64,000 nucleotides of DNA from the NCBI GenBank assembly GCA_038883655.1, contig JAVZLQ010000003.1:64001-128000 (forward strand), read 5' to 3'. A program made the translations under genes and the position numbers. This document shows, one piece after another, positions 60,989 through 64,000 of this stretch (the stretch's first letter is position 1; each line of letters opens with the position of its first letter). The notes below the pieces were generated by a model, which saw only the letters and a program-made list of their open reading frames with translations, ran no database searches and was not told the origin of the DNA. The stretch is from Candidatus Bathyarchaeia archaeon (lineage in GTDB: Archaea > Thermoproteota > Bathyarchaeia > Bathyarchaeales > Bathycorpusculaceae).

Positions 60989-61279
60989 TTAGCCGCCGCC
61001 AACAGGCGGAATAATCGCTAAAACATCACCATCAGAAAGTTCAGTCGCCAAACCCTTAAGCGTTGAAGCGCTTCGACCGTTGATGAGGAACTGCAAGAAA
61101 CCCTTAACCTCGCCACCAGCATCATAAACATATTCCACAAAACCCTTCCCGTAACGCTCAGCTAAACGCTTAAGGACAGCATCAACAGTAACGCGTTCAT
61201 CATCAGAGAATTCTAAAACTTCCTCCCGTTTACCAGTTAACTCTCTAAGGCTTGTGAAGAAACGCACCGAAATTCGCAT
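60989..61279 (-). CDS. MoaD/SAMP-family ubiquitin-like sulfur carrier
   Basis: VRFF..LRE..G, LING, L.DGD..AIIPPVGGG C-terminus. Confidence 0.9.
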   Translation of the reverse strand: MRISVRFFTSLRELTGKREEVLEFSDDERVTVDAVLKRLAERYGKGFVEYVYDAGGEVKGFLQFLINGRSASTLKGLATELSDGDVLAIIPPVGGG

Positions 61280-61437
61280 GCATAACCCCCTCAAGAAAAT
61301 ATCCGCGCAAGCCATAAATTTAACTGTTACAAAAACGCATGTAATCCGCAGAGAAGCTGGGTAAAAGTTTATATTTTAGTGCATTTTGGTTATCGGAATA
61401 GCTGAAAAACGTTCTAGAGTAATTGGAGGAACCTTGT

Positions 61438-63090
61438 ATGGCTTACTTAACAACAACACAGTCGGGACAACCAGTACTCATCCTAAAAGAGGGGACCACG
61501 CGCAGTAGAGGAAGAGAAGCCCAAAGAAACAACATAATGGCCGCACGCATTATAGGCGAAGTGCTAAAAACAACTCTTGGACCACGCGGAATGGACAAAA
61601 TGCTCATTGACAGTTTAGGCGACATAACAATAACCAACGACGGCGCGGCGATCCTGGACGAAATAGAAGTGGAACACCCAGCGGCAAAAATGATGGTTGA
61701 AATAGCAAAAACCCAAGACGACATGGTAGGCGACGGAACAACAACCGCTGTGGTTTTGGCTGGCGAACTCCTCAAAAAAGCAGAAGAACTCCTAGACCAA
61801 AACATACACCCAACAATAATTGTAAGCGGCTACCGAAAAGCAGCCCAAAAAGCAATGGAAGTAATAAACAAAGTCGCTACGCTGGTAGATATCGAGGACA
61901 GAGAAACGCTCAAAAAAGTAGCATTAACATCAATGGCAAGCAAAGCCGTCGGACCAGCAAAAGAGCACCTAGCAGAAATAGCCATAGACGCAGTTAAACA
62001 AATAGCAGAAAAACGCGGAGAACGCATGGTCGCAGACATAGACAACATCCAAATAATAAAGAAAACAGGAAAAAGCCTCTTCGAAACTCAGCTTGTCAGA
62101 GGCCTAATAATAGACAAGGAAGTCGTTCACCCTGGAATGCCCAAAAAAGTGGAAAATGCAAAAATCGCGCTCTTGGACTGCCCACTAGAAATCGAAAAGA
62201 CGGAGTTCAGCGCAGAAATCCGCATACGAGACCCAGCCCAAATGAAAGCCTTTCTAGACCAAGAAACAAAAATGCTCAAAGAGATGGTTGACAAAATAAA
62301 GGCTTCAGGCGCAAACGTGGTCTTCTGTCAAAAAGGCATAGACGATATGGCTCAACACTTCCTAGCAAAAGAAGGAATACTAGCAGCGAGACGCATAAAA
62401 CAGTCAGACATGGAAAAACTCGCAAGAGCGACAGGTGGAAGAATAATCACAGACCTTGACGACTTAACAGCGCAAGACCTTGGCGAGGCTGGACTTGTTG
62501 AAGAACGAAAAATCGGAGAAGACAAAATGATTTTTGTGGAAAAATGCCGAGACCCACGCTCAGTTGCGATACTTATCCGTGCTGGACTTGAAAGAATGGT
62601 TGACGAGGCAGAGAGAGCCTTAACAGACGCCTTGTCGGTGGTTTCAGACGTGATAGAAAACAACAAGATTGTTGCTGGCGGAGGCGCGGTAGAAGTCGAA
62701 ATAGCAAAGGAACTCCGCGACTACGCCACGAAAGTCGGTGGGCGCGAACAATTGGCAATAGAAGCCTTCGCAGACGCAATAGAAATAATACCGAAAACGC
62801 TGGCTGAAAACGCAGGACTAGAACCAATAGACATAATCGTAGAACTAAGGGCTAATCACGAGAAAAAAGACGGTGTGCACATGGGTGTAAACGTCTTTAC
62901 AGGAAAAGTTGAAAATATGCGAGAAAACGGCGTAGTTGAACCGCTAGTCGTTAAAGAACAAGCAGTAAAAAGCGCTGCAGAATCCGCCTCAATGATACTG
63001 CGCATAGACGACGTAATAGCAGCAACAAAACCAAAAGAAGAGAAGGGACCAGAAAAACCGCCAGGTGAAGGCGAAAGCGAAGAATACTGA
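61438..63090 (+). CDS. Thermosome (group II chaperonin) subunit
   Basis: [40 protein letters not shown]. Confidence 0.96.
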   Translation: MAYLTTTQSGQPVLILKEGTTRSRGREAQRNNIMAARIIGEVLKTTLGPRGMDKMLIDSLGDITITNDGAAILDEIEVEHPAAKMMVEIAKTQDDMVGDGTTTAVVLAGELLKKAEELLDQNIHPTIIVSGYRKAAQKAMEVINKVATLVDIEDRETLKKVALTSMASKAVGPAKEHLAEIAIDAVKQIAEKRGERMVADIDNIQIIKKTGKSLFETQLVRGLIIDKEVVHPGMPKKVENAKIALLDCPLEIEKTEFSAEIRIRDPAQMKAFLDQETKMLKEMVDKIKASGANVVFCQKGIDDMAQHFLAKEGILAARRIKQSDMEKLARATGGRIITDLDDLTAQDLGEAGLVEERKIGEDKMIFVEKCRDPRSVAILIRAGLERMVDEAERALTDALSVVSDVIENNKIVAGGGAVEVEIAKELRDYATKVGGREQLAIEAFADAIEIIPKTLAENAGLEPIDIIVELRANHEKKDGVHMGVNVFTGKVENMRENGVVEPLVVKEQAVKSAAESASMILRIDDVIAATKPKEEKGPEKPPGEGESEEY

Positions 63091-63215
63091 TTCCAGTTTT
63101 AAATAATCCCCTTTTTCTATCCGCACTTTATTCTTGATTTTGAGTCTGTCTTATATTAATAATCCATAAAATATATATGATGGAAATCTTGGAAAGTTTG
63201 GAAAAGTGGTGAAAA

Positions 63216-64000
63216 ATGAGAAAGTGCGCTACACTCTTTGCCATCGTCTCCTTGTTCTTGTCTTTGATGGTTATCGTGCACATGGATGTTCCATCTGTCA
63301 GAGCTGCAGACATGTTCTATTATGGAGACTTGATACTTAACGGAAACAACGTCACTATAATCGACAATCAAATTCTCCACATAAACGGCAGCATAATTAT
63401 CACAGAAAATGCCACGCTGATAGTGCGCAATCATGGAGGCATAAACTTTACGCAACAATACAGCGACCAATTTAACATGACTCTCAAAAACCCTGCTAAT
63501 GGAAATCCACGACTCATAATAGAAAATTACAGCGGCATAACAGGAGGCAATTATTTTCTAACCTTGTATTTTTATGGCAACAGTACACTAGAGACATATC
63601 AAGCCACCACCCCTGAAAACGTCATTTTCATCTTCTACGACTCTTCTGTTGCCAACATCACCGAGTCCGAGTTTTGGAGTATTTACGCCCATACTAACAC
63701 AGTCCTCCACATAACAAATGCTTGGATAAATTATGTCTTTCTTTATGGCAACGCAAAAGCCACCATAAGCAACACAGAAATTTATAACAGACTTTTCGCC
63801 GGCGTCTTCTCTGAAGTCGTTATTTCAAATTGTGATATAAGCAATGCAGAAGCTCGTTATCATGTGAAATGTTACATTTACGATTCACTAATTGACAATG
63901 CAACATTATATGACGATGCAAGAGCATGGGTTTTTAACACAACCGTGACTAATGGAAGAGCATACAACAATTCCATTGCCTACATATACTACTACCTTGA
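63216..64000 (+). CDS. Secreted beta-helix-like surface protein (partial, runs off the window)
   Basis: MRKCATLFAIVSLFLSLMVIV...VRA signal peptide, then GDLILNGNNVTII...INGSIIITENATLIV; GGTGA SD; no stop seen before the window end. Confidence 0.75.
   Translation, partial: MRKCATLFAIVSLFLSLMVIVHMDVPSVRAADMFYYGDLILNGNNVTIIDNQILHINGSIIITENATLIVRNHGGINFTQQYSDQFNMTLKNPANGNPRLIIENYSGITGGNYFLTLYFYGNSTLETYQATTPENVIFIFYDSSVANITESEFWSIYAHTNTVLHITNAWINYVFLYGNAKATISNTEIYNRLFAGVFSEVVISNCDISNAEARYHVKCYIYDSLIDNATLYDDARAWVFNTTVTNGRAYNNSIAYIYYYL

Noticed and set aside
63128-63470. Minus-strand ORFs near the right end
   Set aside because: Shadows of the plus-strand secreted protein starting at 63216, which the track omits because it has no stop in the window.
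1-64000. CRISPR array, tRNA/rRNA genes, IS elements, integrases
   Set aside because: No regularly spaced repeats, cloverleaf/T-loop signatures or transposase motifs recognised by eye. A tRNAscan/cmscan run would be needed to exclude them fully.

Overview
Gene-dense archaeal chromosomal segment, most consistent with a TACK-group archaeon, probably Bathyarchaeia. This is inferred from PolB1, topo VI, two thermosome subunits, CarS, AglB, a TackOD1-type protein and GGAGGTG Shine-Dalgarno sites. Most genes are housekeeping: an ECF transporter module, a type IV pilus locus, moeA x2, N-glycosylation, a hut cluster, RNA modification, ABCE1 and aIF5B. No tRNA, rRNA, CRISPR array or transposase was recognised by eye. 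The most interesting signals are absent from the ORF track. (1) A GC-rich leader upstream of queT can form a pseudoknot with its Shine-Dalgarno sequence, making it a candidate archaeal preQ0/preQ1 riboswitch. (2) A 65-nt intergenic RNA can form two kink-turns. (3) A structured leader precedes the hut operon. (4) A 23-aa acidic/Trp micropeptide gene lies before ABCE1. (5) There is a eukaryote-type eL41 with a non-AUG start, and an OST3/OST6/DC2-like gene. (6) hicB and hicA are convergent, and a gingipain-like gene carries two frameshifts. All structures were paired by eye and all family calls come from motif recognition; nothing was computed or searched.
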